Both the position numbers and the translations under genes were made by a program. A model generated the notes under the pieces. It did no database searches, was not told the origin of the DNA, and saw only the letters and a program-made list of their open reading frames with translations. Shown one piece after another: positions 1 through 8,043 of a DNA stretch of 17,526 bases (position 1 is the first letter of the stretch; the number at the start of each line of letters is the position of its first letter). Origin of the DNA: a virus (lineage: Duplodnaviria > Heunggongvirae > Uroviricota > Caudoviricetes); the IMG/VR virus record IMGVR_UViG_2740892028_000002; one strand, written 5' to 3'.

Positions 1-61
1 AAACAATGATCTGGCAGCCTGAGTTCACAGATAAAACACTCTCCAGGAAACCCGGGGCGGT

Positions 62-355
62 TCAATACTTCTCAAGCGGAGTTTCGACAATTCTGTTTTC
101 AATAACACGAATATCGATATCTGGAGCCACGAAGCCCATAGCGCGTTGATAAAGACGATCACTAACTTCTGCATCAGCGACGGCCTTACCCTTTTTTATG
201 GACTCCGAAAACTTAGGATAATCAAGCTTCCACTTGTTAATAGTTGACTCACTGACTTCAAAGAAATCAGCAAGTTCTGCGTCTGTATAGCCCAGCAAGC
301 ACAGTTTGCGTGCCTGTTCGGCATACGCCTCTTGATACTTTGTTGGGCGCGCCAT
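62..355 (-). CDS. terminase small subunit, N-terminal HTH type
   Basis: 97-aa ORF; N-terminal RPTKY...AELADFFEVSESTINKW helix-turn-helix pattern resembles Sf6/P22-like small terminases; start ATG 2 nt after stop of upstream ORF with GGAG upstream; large subunit expected off-window below coordinate 62. Confidence 0.55.
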   Translation of the reverse strand: MARPTKYQEAYAEQARKLCLLGYTDAELADFFEVSESTINKWKLDYPKFSESIKKGKAVADAEVSDRLYQRAMGFVAPDIDIRVIENRIVETPLEKY

Positions 356-357
356 GT

Positions 358-600
358 TTATGCTCCGGTAGTGAACAGGTCTAACGCTTCCTTCGATTTA
401 CGCACCGCTTCAAATGTGCGGATCGTGATATCTGAATTAGCTCCGCCTGACTGGAAGTGAATTTTGAATAACTCAAGCTTCAGCTCGTCAGTGCCAATGA
501 ACTGAAATGCTTCTTCTGCGGCTGCGTTCTGGTTCATGACCAGTTTGTAAATCTCTAACTGGAATTTCTGTTCTTCAGTCATGGGAATAATCTCTGCCAT
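358..600 (-). CDS. hypothetical protein, translationally coupled to small terminase
   Basis: 80-aa ORF; GGAG 6 nt upstream of ATG at 600; stop TAA 2 nt before the terminase start. Confidence 0.5.
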   Translation of the reverse strand: MAEIIPMTEEQKFQLEIYKLVMNQNAAAEEAFQFIGTDELKLELFKIHFQSGGANSDITIRTFEAVRKSKEALDLFTTGA

Positions 601-894
601 TGTTGGCTCCGTTTATCCGTTAAAAGGGATATCAGTTAAGTTATCCCGTGTAGGGTATAAGCCATTGTCGAGACCACTCATTGAATGGTCTCTGCAATAA
701 CCGATGTCTTTCCATCAGTCCGCCACCACAAAGAATCTTTTTTGCCATAAGGCTGGAGGTTCATCTTTCAGTGGCTGCCAGTGTTATTTCCCCACTTACT
801 GGCTTGGGTTGTATCGCTGTACTGCCGTAACTGGTTACCCAGAATAAATTCCGGTTTCATTATCAAGCCCACCCGTAGATGGGCTTTGTAATGG

Positions 895-1152
895 CTACTT
901 CGCTTTTGCTTCCGCTCGCTTACGCCGGCGCTCTTCTTTCCTCTCGGCTTTTGCCATGTCCATGAATGCCTGCATGATCGAGTTCCGCATCATGTAGCTA
1001 ACAAAGTGATGATTGACACAGCCGTTGAGGCGCAGCTGCTCGCCAAACTCATCCACCGAGGCCAATGCTTCCATCATGCCCTTCTCGCCTTTCATGAACT
1101 CTGAGAAGTCGCGCCCCGCTCTGGAGGCGCATTCAATGACACGATCACTCAT
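895..1152 (-). CDS. hypothetical protein with basic C-terminal tail
   Basis: 85-aa ORF; ATGA overlap with upstream KilA-N ORF stop; lysine/arginine-rich tail KAERKEERRRKRAEAKAK. Confidence 0.45.
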   Translation of the reverse strand: MSDRVIECASRAGRDFSEFMKGEKGMMEALASVDEFGEQLRLNGCVNHHFVSYMMRNSIMQAFMDMAKAERKEERRRKRAEAKAK

Positions 1153-1646
1153 CCCGGAAGCCCGGGGATCGTAATCTGCAGCTGGTTAGCCAGGGAGTTA
1201 ATCTCAGCGACCAACACTGGCTTCGTATAGCGCCATGCCGCCAGCCCTTGTCCGCAGAAGCTCGCCATGTCTTTCTTCTGGTCAAACTCATGACATTTCA
1301 TGTTGAGCTGCGCACTTAAGCTGTTGCGATGCTGAAGTTCTCCAGTGAAGTAGTCATCGAGGACTTTATAGGCCGCGTACTTGAACCCGGGGTTTAACCA
1401 AGCCGCATAATCGTAAGCAACAAACTTCCCGCCATATGTTCCACCGTGTACACCGCGCTCAGTAAAAACCACAGATTCGTGGTTTTTCTCCAGCTCGGCT
1501 AAGAACTCTTTGGTCTGCTTGTTTCGCAGGTAGTGGTACGGAGATTCAGATTCACTTTTACCACTGGCTTTCCACATATCAGTGAGGCAGATCATTCCTG
1601 ATTCATCAACACGGATCGGTGTATTAAAAAGCGTGATTGCTTTCAT
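1149..1646 (-). CDS. KilA-N domain protein
   Basis: N-terminal motif ...VDESGMICLTDMWKASGK...YLRNKQTKEFLAEL typical of KilA-N DNA-binding domains; ORF track extends to a GTG at 1682 but ATG at 1646 (MKAITLF) is the more likely start. Confidence 0.6.
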   Translation of the reverse strand: MKAITLFNTPIRVDESGMICLTDMWKASGKSESESPYHYLRNKQTKEFLAELEKNHESVVFTERGVHGGTYGGKFVAYDYAAWLNPGFKYAAYKVLDDYFTGELQHRNSLSAQLNMKCHEFDQKKDMASFCGQGLAAWRYTKPVLVAEINSLANQLQITIPGLPG

Positions 1647-1788
1647 AGCGTCTTTACCTTTTAGAAAGTGAGCCTGTCTCACAGAAAAGCCGCCCGAGAG
1701 AGGTCGCCACCTATAACGGCATTTCTCAGGCTCGCTTACTGAAAGGCTCTCGTTAATATGCGCGTGAGATGCGCGTTTACTGCGGACA

Positions 1789-1812
1789 TAAAAAAGCCCC
1801 GCATCGCGAGGC
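1789..1812 (-). terminator. intrinsic terminator downstream of Rz
   Basis: Minus-strand RNA GCCUCGC-GAU-GCGGGGC hairpin (7 bp with one G-U) followed by UUUUUU, about 35 nt after Rz stop. Confidence 0.6.
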
Positions 1813-1844
1813 TCATTAAATGGACTTTGTGATTTGCAAAAAAA

Positions 1845-2312
1845 TTATTTCAGGCATTGCGTCCTGATGTATTCCTGAAGCGTTCTCAGTGCTGTTTGGT
1901 CGCGGATAATTCCGTCCCGGATACCGAGAACGTTTCGTCCAGCAACTGGAGAGAGTTCGACGGAGGCATCATTGCCCATGCCGGAGGCGCTGGAGGTTTC
2001 GGCTGAGGATGGCATAGGGCATTTTCCTTTGACGAGCACCCTACCACCATTATCAAGCTCGCGCCGAAGAGCATCATTTTCAGCTTTCGCATCAGCTAAC
2101 TCCTTCGTGTATTTAGCATCGAGTGCATCAGCAGTACGCTGGCGCTGCTGCATGTCAGTAATGGTGGCAGTCGCCTGCTTCAGCTCACTGCCTTTTTTAT
2201 CGCGCTGCTCTTTGTAGGCGATGGCGTTATCACGGTAATGATTAACAGCCCATGACAGACAGACGATGATGCAGATAACCAGAGCGGAGATAATCGCGGT
2301 GACTCTGCTCAT
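1845..2312 (-). CDS. Rz: i-spanin Rz
   Basis: 155-aa ORF with N-terminal TM segment, coiled-coil body and proline-rich segment; position after endolysin with ATGA overlap; closely lambda Rz-like. Confidence 0.9.
   Translation of the reverse strand: MSRVTAIISALVICIIVCLSWAVNHYRDNAIAYKEQRDKKGSELKQATATITDMQQRQRTADALDAKYTKELADAKAENDALRRELDNGGRVLVKGKCPMPSSAETSSASGMGNDASVELSPVAGRNVLGIRDGIIRDQTALRTLQEYIRTQCLK
1886..2092 (-). CDS. Rz1: o-spanin Rz1 lipoprotein, embedded in +1 frame within Rz
   Basis: 68-aa ORF wholly inside Rz; signal peptide with lipobox (IMVVGC) and proline-rich [11 protein letters not shown] segment as in lambda Rz1. Confidence 0.8.
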   Translation of the reverse strand: MRKLKMMLFGASLIMVVGCSSKENALCHPQPKPPAPPAWAMMPPSNSLQLLDETFSVSGTELSATKQH

Positions 2313-2785
2313 ACCTCAATCTCTCTGACCGTTCCGCCTGCTTCTTTGAATTTTGCAATCAGGCTGTCAGCCTTATGCTCGAACTGACCATAACCAGCCC
2401 CCGGCAGTGAAGCCCAGATATTGCTGCAACGGTCGATAGCCTGACGAATATCACCGCGATCAATCATCGGCAAAGCGCCACGCTCCTTAATCTGCTGCAA
2501 TGCCACAGCGTCCTGGCTTTTCGGAGAGAAGTCTTTCAGGCCAAGCTGCTTACGGTAAGCATCCCACCAACGGGAAAGAAGCTGGTAACGTCCGGCTGCT
2601 GTTGATTTGAGTTTGGGGTTTAGCGTGACAAGTTTGCGAGGGTGATCGGAGTAATCAGTGAATAGCTCTCCTCCTACAATGACGTCATAACCATGATTTC
2701 TGGTTTTCTGACGTCCGTTATCAGTTCCCTCTGACCACGCCAGCATATCGAGGAACGCCTTACGTTGATTATTGATTTCCACCAT
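2309..2785 (-). CDS. R: endolysin, lytic transglycosylase
   Basis: 158-aa translation [53 protein letters not shown]... is essentially lambda R as I recall it. Confidence 0.95.
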   Translation of the reverse strand: MVEINNQRKAFLDMLAWSEGTDNGRQKTRNHGYDVIVGGELFTDYSDHPRKLVTLNPKLKSTAAGRYQLLSRWWDAYRKQLGLKDFSPKSQDAVALQQIKERGALPMIDRGDIRQAIDRCSNIWASLPGAGYGQFEHKADSLIAKFKEAGGTVREIEV

Positions 2786-3092
2786 CTTCTACTCCGGCTT
2801 TTTTAGCAGCGAAGCGTTTGATAAGCGAACCAATCGAGTCAGTACCGATGTAGCCGATGAACACGCTCGTTATATAAGCGAGATTGCTACTTAGTCCGGC
2901 GAAGTCGAGAAGGTCACGAATGAACCAGGCGATAATGGCGCACATCGTTGCGTCGATTACTGTTTTTGTAAACGCACCGCCATTATATCTGCCGCGAAGG
3001 TACGCCATTGCAAACGCAAGGATTGCCCCGATGCCTTGTTCCTTTGCCGCGAGAATGGCGGCTAACAGGTCATGTTTTTCTGGCATCTTCAT
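2769..3092 (-). CDS. S: holin / antiholin with dual-start motif
   Basis: 107-aa translation [39 protein letters not shown]... is essentially lambda S; Met1-Lys2-Met3 dual start; 3' end overlaps R start. Confidence 0.95.
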   Translation of the reverse strand: MKMPEKHDLLAAILAAKEQGIGAILAFAMAYLRGRYNGGAFTKTVIDATMCAIIAWFIRDLLDFAGLSSNLAYITSVFIGYIGTDSIGSLIKRFAAKKAGVEDGGNQ

Positions 3093-3630
3093 GTCTTACC
3101 CCCAATAAGGGGATTTGCTCTATTTAATTAGGAATAAGGTCGATTACTGATAGAACAAATCCAGGCTACTGTGTTTAGTAATCAGATTTGTTCGTGACCG
3201 ATATGCACGGGCAAAACGGCATGAGGTTGTTAGCGCAACCTCCTGCCACCCACTTTCACGAAGGTCATGTGTAGAAAGCCGCAGCATAACTATCACTGAT
3301 GAATTCAGGATAGCCAGTGGATACGGCTCAGTTTGGGTTGTGGCGGTCGGTGCTGAACTCCGACTTAATGACGATAGGCGTGTACCGACGCCTCGTTTTA
3401 CTTCCTCCGCTTTCACGGCTTCACCCTAGACCAGCTTTACGAAATCCTCGTAAACCTAACCGCGGCAGATATGACCGGCACGGTGTGCCATATCACGGAC
3501 CGGCGGGTGTCTCGTTCACCTGATTAACGCATCAGCCTGCGTATTCACCACAACGATAAGAGCACTGCGCGGCACCTTTCACCAATTCCGCGAGGTCTGC
3601 GGGTTCAATGCTCTTACCTGTTGTGCAAAC
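3093..3630 (-). promoter_or_regulatory. untranslated late-operon leader between tR' and S
   Basis: About 540 nt without a credible ORF; the S-proximal ~250 nt and the tR'-proximal segment (TGCACAACAGGTAAGAGCATTGA on minus strand) match lambda late-leader sequence as I recall it. Confidence 0.6.
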
Positions 3631-3671
3631 AAAAAAGCCACCGTTGCAACTTAAGAGTCACTAACGGCAGC
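3631..3671 (-). terminator. tR'-like intrinsic terminator
   Basis: Minus-strand RNA GCUGCCGUU...AACGGUGGC stem (9 bp, two G-U) followed by UUUUUUGUUUG; immediately followed by lambda-like post-tR' sequence. Confidence 0.6.
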
Positions 3672-3681
3672 TTACCCTCTA

Positions 3682-3711
3682 ATTATGGCTAAATGGCTAA
3701 TTGCATGTCAA
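3682..3711 (-). promoter_or_regulatory. late promoter pR' candidate overlapping 3' end of Q
   Basis: Minus strand TTGACA, 18-nt spacer, CATAAT; -35 lies inside the last Q codons and -10 directly follows the Q stop; predicted transcript of about 45 nt to tR'. Confidence 0.5.
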
Positions 3712-4207
3712 GGTTTTTAACAGCAACATGCTTAACTTTCTCAACACGTTTACGCATTTTGAAAGCATTTTGCATTGGTTGGTACAAAACAAATAATGAC
3801 GCTTTCAGGATGTCGTCAATTTCGTTTCTACAGGTTGCCAGTGAAGGTTTTCTCCATCCCTCGCCACCACGTCCACACATCTTGCGTGGCTTTGCAGTCG
3901 CGTGATAGTAGGATGCAATTGCTCGCTTAGATGAACCATGAGCGTAGTAGCTGAGGAGGATGCCAAAGGCTTTTTTGTCAATGTACATGACGGAATCGAC
4001 GACCTGAGAAATCAACATTCCATCATCATCATTGCACATTGGCCTTGTCATAACTCTTCCCGGCTCTACGCTCTCCATGAACTTCGCTATTACGCTGCTC
4101 ATGCGCTTTTCCAGACGACCTGAATAAACCCATGCGCCCCACAGTTCAAGCCAGCCATTCAGCCACTCGTGCTGCTCTTTGGTGAGGTTTAGTTCTCTTA
4201 TGCCCAC
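3689..4207 (-). CDS. Q: late-gene antitermination protein Q
   Basis: 172-aa ORF with N-terminal LELWGAWV motif of Q-family antiterminators; located between nin region and lysis genes; 10-nt overlap with NinI stop. Confidence 0.7.
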   Translation of the reverse strand: MGIRELNLTKEQHEWLNGWLELWGAWVYSGRLEKRMSSVIAKFMESVEPGRVMTRPMCNDDDGMLISQVVDSVMYIDKKAFGILLSYYAHGSSKRAIASYYHATAKPRKMCGRGGEGWRKPSLATCRNEIDDILKASLFVLYQPMQNAFKMRKRVEKVKHVAVKNLDMQLAI

Positions 4208-4869
4208 GCGCCTTCTCCCTGTACCTGAATCAATGTGAGGTTTCCGCAGAACACTGCGCCGGTATCGATATACATCTGGTTGGAAAACTTGAGTGGTTTC
4301 ACTGCTGGCGTATGACCAAAGATGAACGTGTCCGCTCCTTTGATTTCTTTTACGATCCCGTCTTGTGAGTTGCTGATTCGTTCGCGGTTCCAGATTACCT
4401 GCTGATGATCAACTGGCTTTCCAAACTCGTATTCGTCACAAGGATAATCGGCGTGGCAGATGACATATTTTTTACCTTTGCTCACCAGTTCAATGATTAA
4501 CGGAAGTTCATCTGCTTTATGGGCAAGAGCTTTAGCCAGAATTTCTTTGTCGTAATCGAGATTAAAGAACCAGCCACCGCCATTAAGCAGCCAGTGATTG
4601 ACGTTTCCACGCTCTGATAAGCCATCAATCATCATTTGCTCATGGTTTCCACGTACAGCTCGGAACCAGGGGAATGTGATTAATTCCAGACATTCGACGT
4701 TCTCTGTACCGCGATCGACCAAATCGCCAACCGAGATAAGCAGGTCTTTTTTGGTGTCGAATCCTATCGTCTCCAGTTTTTTCATCAGGTTCGTGTAGCA
4801 TCCGTGCAGATCGCCAACTACCCAAATATTTCGGTATTTGCTGCCATCAATTCTTTCGTAATAGCGCAT
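4198..4869 (-). CDS. ninI: serine/threonine protein phosphatase NinI
   Basis: [28 protein letters not shown]...GNHE metallophosphatase motifs, near identical to lambda PPase; ORF track start at 4944 is a 25-codon upstream extension, true start taken at MRYYE. Confidence 0.9.
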   Translation of the reverse strand: MRYYERIDGSKYRNIWVVGDLHGCYTNLMKKLETIGFDTKKDLLISVGDLVDRGTENVECLELITFPWFRAVRGNHEQMMIDGLSERGNVNHWLLNGGGWFFNLDYDKEILAKALAHKADELPLIIELVSKGKKYVICHADYPCDEYEFGKPVDHQQVIWNRERISNSQDGIVKEIKGADTFIFGHTPAVKPLKFSNQMYIDTGAVFCGNLTLIQVQGEGAWA

Positions 4870-5053
4870 CTCTTTCACTCCATCCGCGATGAACCATGAG
4901 AACGTCGTTGACGATGGCGTGCATTTTCCCGTCTTTATCATCAACGTATTTTCTGACCGTACCGCGACTACATTTCAGTCTGCGTGCTACTTCTGTCTGG
5001 TTTCCGTATGCTTCAACGAGCATGTCTGGAATGGTTTTTACTGAGAACGTCAT
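4847..5053 (-). CDS. ninH: NinH
   Basis: 68-aa translation [37 protein letters not shown]... matches lambda NinH (HTH). Confidence 0.85.
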   Translation of the reverse strand: MTFSVKTIPDMLVEAYGNQTEVARRLKCSRGTVRKYVDDKDGKMHAIVNDVLMVHRGWSERDALLRKN

Positions 5054-5661
5054 GCGGCCTCACTTCTGCTATTTCGCAGGTCTTTGAGTTTCTGTTGGTA
5101 CTCTGCCTTGATCGCCTTGCACTCTTCGACAGTCCAGCGATGGCGGTTATGGTTTGATTCGATTTCGTCTACTGCTTCCTTCCCGATGCGGTTAATCAGT
5201 TCGACGCGATACGGAACGAGATTTCCGCTTTTGTGCTGGTTGCACACCACGCATTGCTTGTGAATATTGCGTTCATCAAATCGGAGTTGAGGCGCCGCAG
5301 CAGTTGTCCGGTAATGCCCGGCATCCCACTGAGCAGACGTGAGCGTTCCGCACGAGATACATGGTAAGTCGCGGTCTCTTTCTCTGATGAAGGCGTTTAC
5401 GGCTTGTTGGGCTTGTTTAATCCAGTAACTGCGGGGCTTTAAGGCGAGTTTTCGAATCTTAAGTTTATCTTTCTGTTTCTGCTCCTCTCGTCGTCGTTTC
5501 TTCTCTGCTGCCTTTTCCGCTTTTTCGCGTTCTTTGCTTCGTCGTTCGAGTGCTATCTTGGTTCCACACTCTGGAGAGCACCACCACTGATTGGCGAATG
5601 CAGGGTGAAACCATTCCCGACATTCATCGTTTTTACATCGTCTTCGCGCTGGTTTAGCCAT
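5050..5661 (-). CDS. ninG: NinG / Rap recombination endonuclease
   Basis: 203-aa ORF, Cys-rich, matches lambda NinG; ATGA overlap with NinH. Confidence 0.9.
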   Translation of the reverse strand: MAKPARRRCKNDECREWFHPAFANQWWCSPECGTKIALERRSKEREKAEKAAEKKRRREEQKQKDKLKIRKLALKPRSYWIKQAQQAVNAFIRERDRDLPCISCGTLTSAQWDAGHYRTTAAAPQLRFDERNIHKQCVVCNQHKSGNLVPYRVELINRIGKEAVDEIESNHNRHRWTVEECKAIKAEYQQKLKDLRNSRSEAA

Positions 5662-5830
5662 CGTCTTCTTCCTCGCGCATCGAGCTATTCGGATCGCTCA
5701 TCAGTTCTGCGCAGCAGTGCTCACACACGTGAACTTCCAGCACATGCAGCTTCTGACCGCAGTTAGCGCACGTTAAAGCCCGCTCGACGCTTTCTTTCTG
5801 GTATTGAAGGGATTGGGATGGGCTAAGCAT
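5654..5830 (-). CDS. ninF: NinF
   Basis: 58-aa ORF not in the track (below size cutoff): [58 protein letters not shown], lambda NinF-like; overlaps NinG start. Confidence 0.7.
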   Translation of the reverse strand: MLSPSQSLQYQKESVERALTCANCGQKLHVLEVHVCEHCCAELMSDPNSSMREEEDDG

Positions 5831-6195
5831 TATTGGATTCTCTGCATCATGAGAAAGACAATCATGGCGGCGCGGAGGGGATTTTCATGTATAGCTCGCT
5901 TAGATTTACAGTAGGCCACACCGCGTGCACCCCACTCGTCTTCATCGAGATTGATAATGCTAATCCTGTATTTTTCAATAATCGGCCATGCGTCTGCTGG
6001 GTTTGCGCATGGGTTAAAGGATCCGCGCTCAACTTCTACTTCAACTGCGTCTCCGTTTACAATGTATCCCTCAAATGAGACAAACACCATATCGCCATTC
6101 TCACCTTCTTTGTAATCCGGTGATCCGTTATGAATGGCTTCGAATACCGCCACGTTAATTTCAAAATCACTTAACTGTGAATAATCCATTGTCAT
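5830..6195 (-). CDS. hypothetical nin-region protein, possibly NinX-like
   Basis: ORF track gives 133 aa; start at Met13 (6195) forms an ATGA overlap with the NinE stop; not present in lambda nin region. Confidence 0.5.
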
Positions 6196-6368
6196 TTCCT
6201 CGCACGATGTCTTAGCCACCGGATATCCCACAGGTGAGCCGTGTAGTTGAAGGTTTTTACGTCAGATTCTTTTGGGATTGGCTTGCGTTTATTTCTGGAG
6301 CGTTTCGTTGGAAGGTATTTGCAGTTTTCGCAGATTATGTCGGTGATACTTCGTCGCTGTCTCGCCAC
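6192..6368 (-). CDS. ninE: NinE
   Basis: 58-aa ORF found by hand: GTG start 4 nt after AGGAGG, translation (V)[57 protein letters not shown], lambda NinE-like. Confidence 0.7.
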
Positions 6369-6508
6369 ACGTCCTCCTTTTCCTGCGGTAGTGGTAACAC
6401 CCCTGTTGGTGTTCTTTCACACCGGAGACACCATCGATTCCAGTAAGGTTGATTTGGTCGGAAGCGGTTATCTTCTTTGCATTCACCGCACCGATAACAT
6501 CGCATCAT
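6335..6508 (-). CDS. ninD: NinD-like Cys-rich small protein
   Basis: Within track ORF 6335..6568; likely start at the tandem Met ([30 protein letters not shown]...) overlapping the NinB stop; zinc-ribbon-like CxxC pairs. Confidence 0.55.
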
Positions 6509-6945
6509 GCTGCCCGGTCTCCCCATCGCGATTTCCACTCCAGAGCCAGTCGCGCTTCGTCTGACCACTTAACGCCACGTTCTGTACCGAATGCCTGTAT
6601 AAGCTCTAATAGCTCCGCAAATTCGCTTACACGCATCCTGCTGGTTGACTGGCCTATTACCACAAAGCCATTCCCGGCAAGGTTAGGAACAACATCCTGC
6701 TGCTTTAATGCTGCGGTAAACACACACTTCCAGCTTTCTGCATCCAGCCAGCGACCATGCCATTCAACCTGACGAGAGACGTCACCAAGGCAAGCCCAAA
6801 GCTTTCGGTTTTGGTCTAAGCTGCGGTTGCGTTCCTGAATGGTTACTACGATTGGTTTGGTTGGGTCTGGAAGGATTTGCTGGATAGCTTGAATGGCGTT
6901 CTGCTGATGGATGGGACTTCTTAGTTCAAACGTTAGTTTCCTCAT
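6505..6945 (-). CDS. ninB: NinB recombination mediator
   Basis: 146-aa translation [56 protein letters not shown]... near identical to lambda NinB. Confidence 0.9.
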   Translation of the reverse strand: MRKLTFELRSPIHQQNAIQAIQQILPDPTKPIVVTIQERNRSLDQNRKLWACLGDVSRQVEWHGRWLDAESWKCVFTAALKQQDVVPNLAGNGFVVIGQSTSRMRVSEFAELLELIQAFGTERGVKWSDEARLALEWKSRWGDRAA

Positions 6946-7180
6946 TGCTCACCTTCTGCACGCATGGATTAATTAACGCCAAAATAGCTTCTGGTTTCTC
7001 AATAACATCGAACCGCTCACCACTTGCCATTCTTACAATCGTAATCCCGGCCTCAAATAGGGTTTCGATGTTGTCAGAGTTAACGTACAAGGGCTCATAT
7101 GCACTTCTGGTGCTTTCTATCACGCCTGTGCTTGGTGGCTGATAGATGCTGCATTGCATGGTTAATTTTATAAATGGCAT
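6926..7180 (-). CDS. hypothetical protein
   Basis: 84-aa ORF with AAGGAG 7 nt upstream of ATG; 20-nt overlap with NinB start. Confidence 0.5.
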   Translation of the reverse strand: MPFIKLTMQCSIYQPPSTGVIESTRSAYEPLYVNSDNIETLFEAGITIVRMASGERFDVIEKPEAILALINPCVQKVSNEETNV

Positions 7181-7184
7181 ATAC

Positions 7185-7436
7185 TCACTCCTTCACTTTG
7201 ATTCCAGCGGCGCGGATGGCGTCAGCGCAATAATCGATAGCGCAGTTGTGTCCTTTGTCGAAATCATCCTCAGCCATCACTTTGTCATCGAGTTTTATCT
7301 CGATAGCTGCGCGAGACTTAACCCATGACTGCCAGGCAATCATCTTGATGGCCTGAACGTGAAGTTCTTCGCTGTTGTTAATAGACTCGAACTCTTCACC
7401 AAACCACTCCAAAAACTGCTTTCTTGATTCGTCCAT
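7185..7436 (-). CDS. hypothetical protein
   Basis: Track ORF 7185..7565 trimmed to the internal ATG at 7436, which has GAGGA 5 nt upstream and sits just after the stop of the upstream gene. Confidence 0.45.
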   Translation of the reverse strand: MDESRKQFLEWFGEEFESINNSEELHVQAIKMIAWQSWVKSRAAIEIKLDDKVMAEDDFDKGHNCAIDYCADAIRAAGIKVKE

Positions 7437-7447
7437 ATCAATCCTCG

Positions 7448-7648
7448 TTATGACAGGTTGATTTTCACCCAACCCTTCCCACGCACATTTGCAACAAGCC
7501 CTTTCTTTCTCAGGTATTGCATACGGCGATCGATGGTTTCGATATACATTCCATTGCTCCGCCATTTAAGCCAGATATCAAAAACAGGTGTTGGTCTTTC
7601 ACTCAGCATTGAAAGAATGTTTTGATCTAATTTTTCGTACTTGCTCAC
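7448..7648 (-). CDS. small basic protein, possible winged-helix DNA binder
   Basis: 66-aa ORF, basic C-terminal half (RRMQYLRKKGLVANVRGKGW); ATGA overlap with upstream membrane-protein gene. Confidence 0.45.
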   Translation of the reverse strand: MSKYEKLDQNILSMLSERPTPVFDIWLKWRSNGMYIETIDRRMQYLRKKGLVANVRGKGWVKINLS

Positions 7649-7971
7649 AAATACCCTCTCTCACTTAATCGCGCCCACGCTTCGTTAAACTCTTCTCGGG
7701 TTGCGCCGGATTTTCTTTCTTCAAACATCATGCATTCGCTGATGTCTCCCCATGACTTTGGTCGCTTTTCAGCGAACAGATCATCCCATTCGAATACCCA
7801 GCGGCCTGATTTTCGGTAGTGGTAAATGGTCAGCCATGTTGTGCTGTTCGCTGGATACCCATAGAGAACTTCGACTTTTTGATCACGGTCTTTATGCTTT
7901 TTCAGCAGGATAAAGCCAGCAACCAGCGAAGCTCCGGCAAGAATGATGATTGGAATTTGCCAGTCAGCCAC
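7645..7971 (-). CDS. small membrane protein
   Basis: 108-aa ORF with one N-terminal hydrophobic helix (IPIIILAGASLVAGFILL); GTG start with GAGGGA upstream; first gene after the helicase terminator. Confidence 0.5.
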   Translation of the reverse strand: MADWQIPIIILAGASLVAGFILLKKHKDRDQKVEVLYGYPANSTTWLTIYHYRKSGRWVFEWDDLFAEKRPKSWGDISECMMFEERKSGATREEFNEAWARLSERGYL

Positions 7972-7986
7972 ACTTCCCTCTCCCCC

Positions 7987-8018
7987 AAATAAAAAGGCCT
8001 GCGATTACCAGCAGGCCT
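7987..8018 (-). terminator. intrinsic terminator downstream of helicase
   Basis: Minus-strand AGGCCUGC-loop-GCAGGCCU perfect 8-bp stem followed by UUUUUAUUU. Confidence 0.6.
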
Positions 8019-8043
8019 GTTATTAGCTCAGTGATGTAGATGG

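Noticed and set aside
1-61. Possible start of the terminase large subunit on the minus strand
   Set aside because: Only ~60 nt remain, with no ATG and only a possible TTG start; too little sequence to support a call.
1972-2217. 81-aa plus-strand ORF antisense to Rz
   Set aside because: Antisense to Rz/Rz1, Ser/Ala-rich translation, no ribosome-binding site.
3144-3523. Track ORFs 3144..3416 (-) and 3317..3523 (+) in the Q-S interval
   Set aside because: They lie in the late leader whose sequence matches the untranslated lambda leader; translations are low-complexity with no start signals. I also looked here for tRNA genes (found in this interval in some Shiga-toxin phages) and saw no T-loop or cloverleaf signature.
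4870-4944. N-terminal 25-codon extension of the NinI ORF
   Set aside because: The phosphatase aligns with lambda from MRYYE onward; the extension would overlap NinH extensively and has no counterpart.
6234-6564. Track ORFs 6234..6446 (+), 6247..6564 (+) and 6289..6486 (-)
   Set aside because: They overlap the hand-resolved NinD and NinE genes on the wrong strand or frame; the NinE and NinD frames give lambda-like proteins, these do not.
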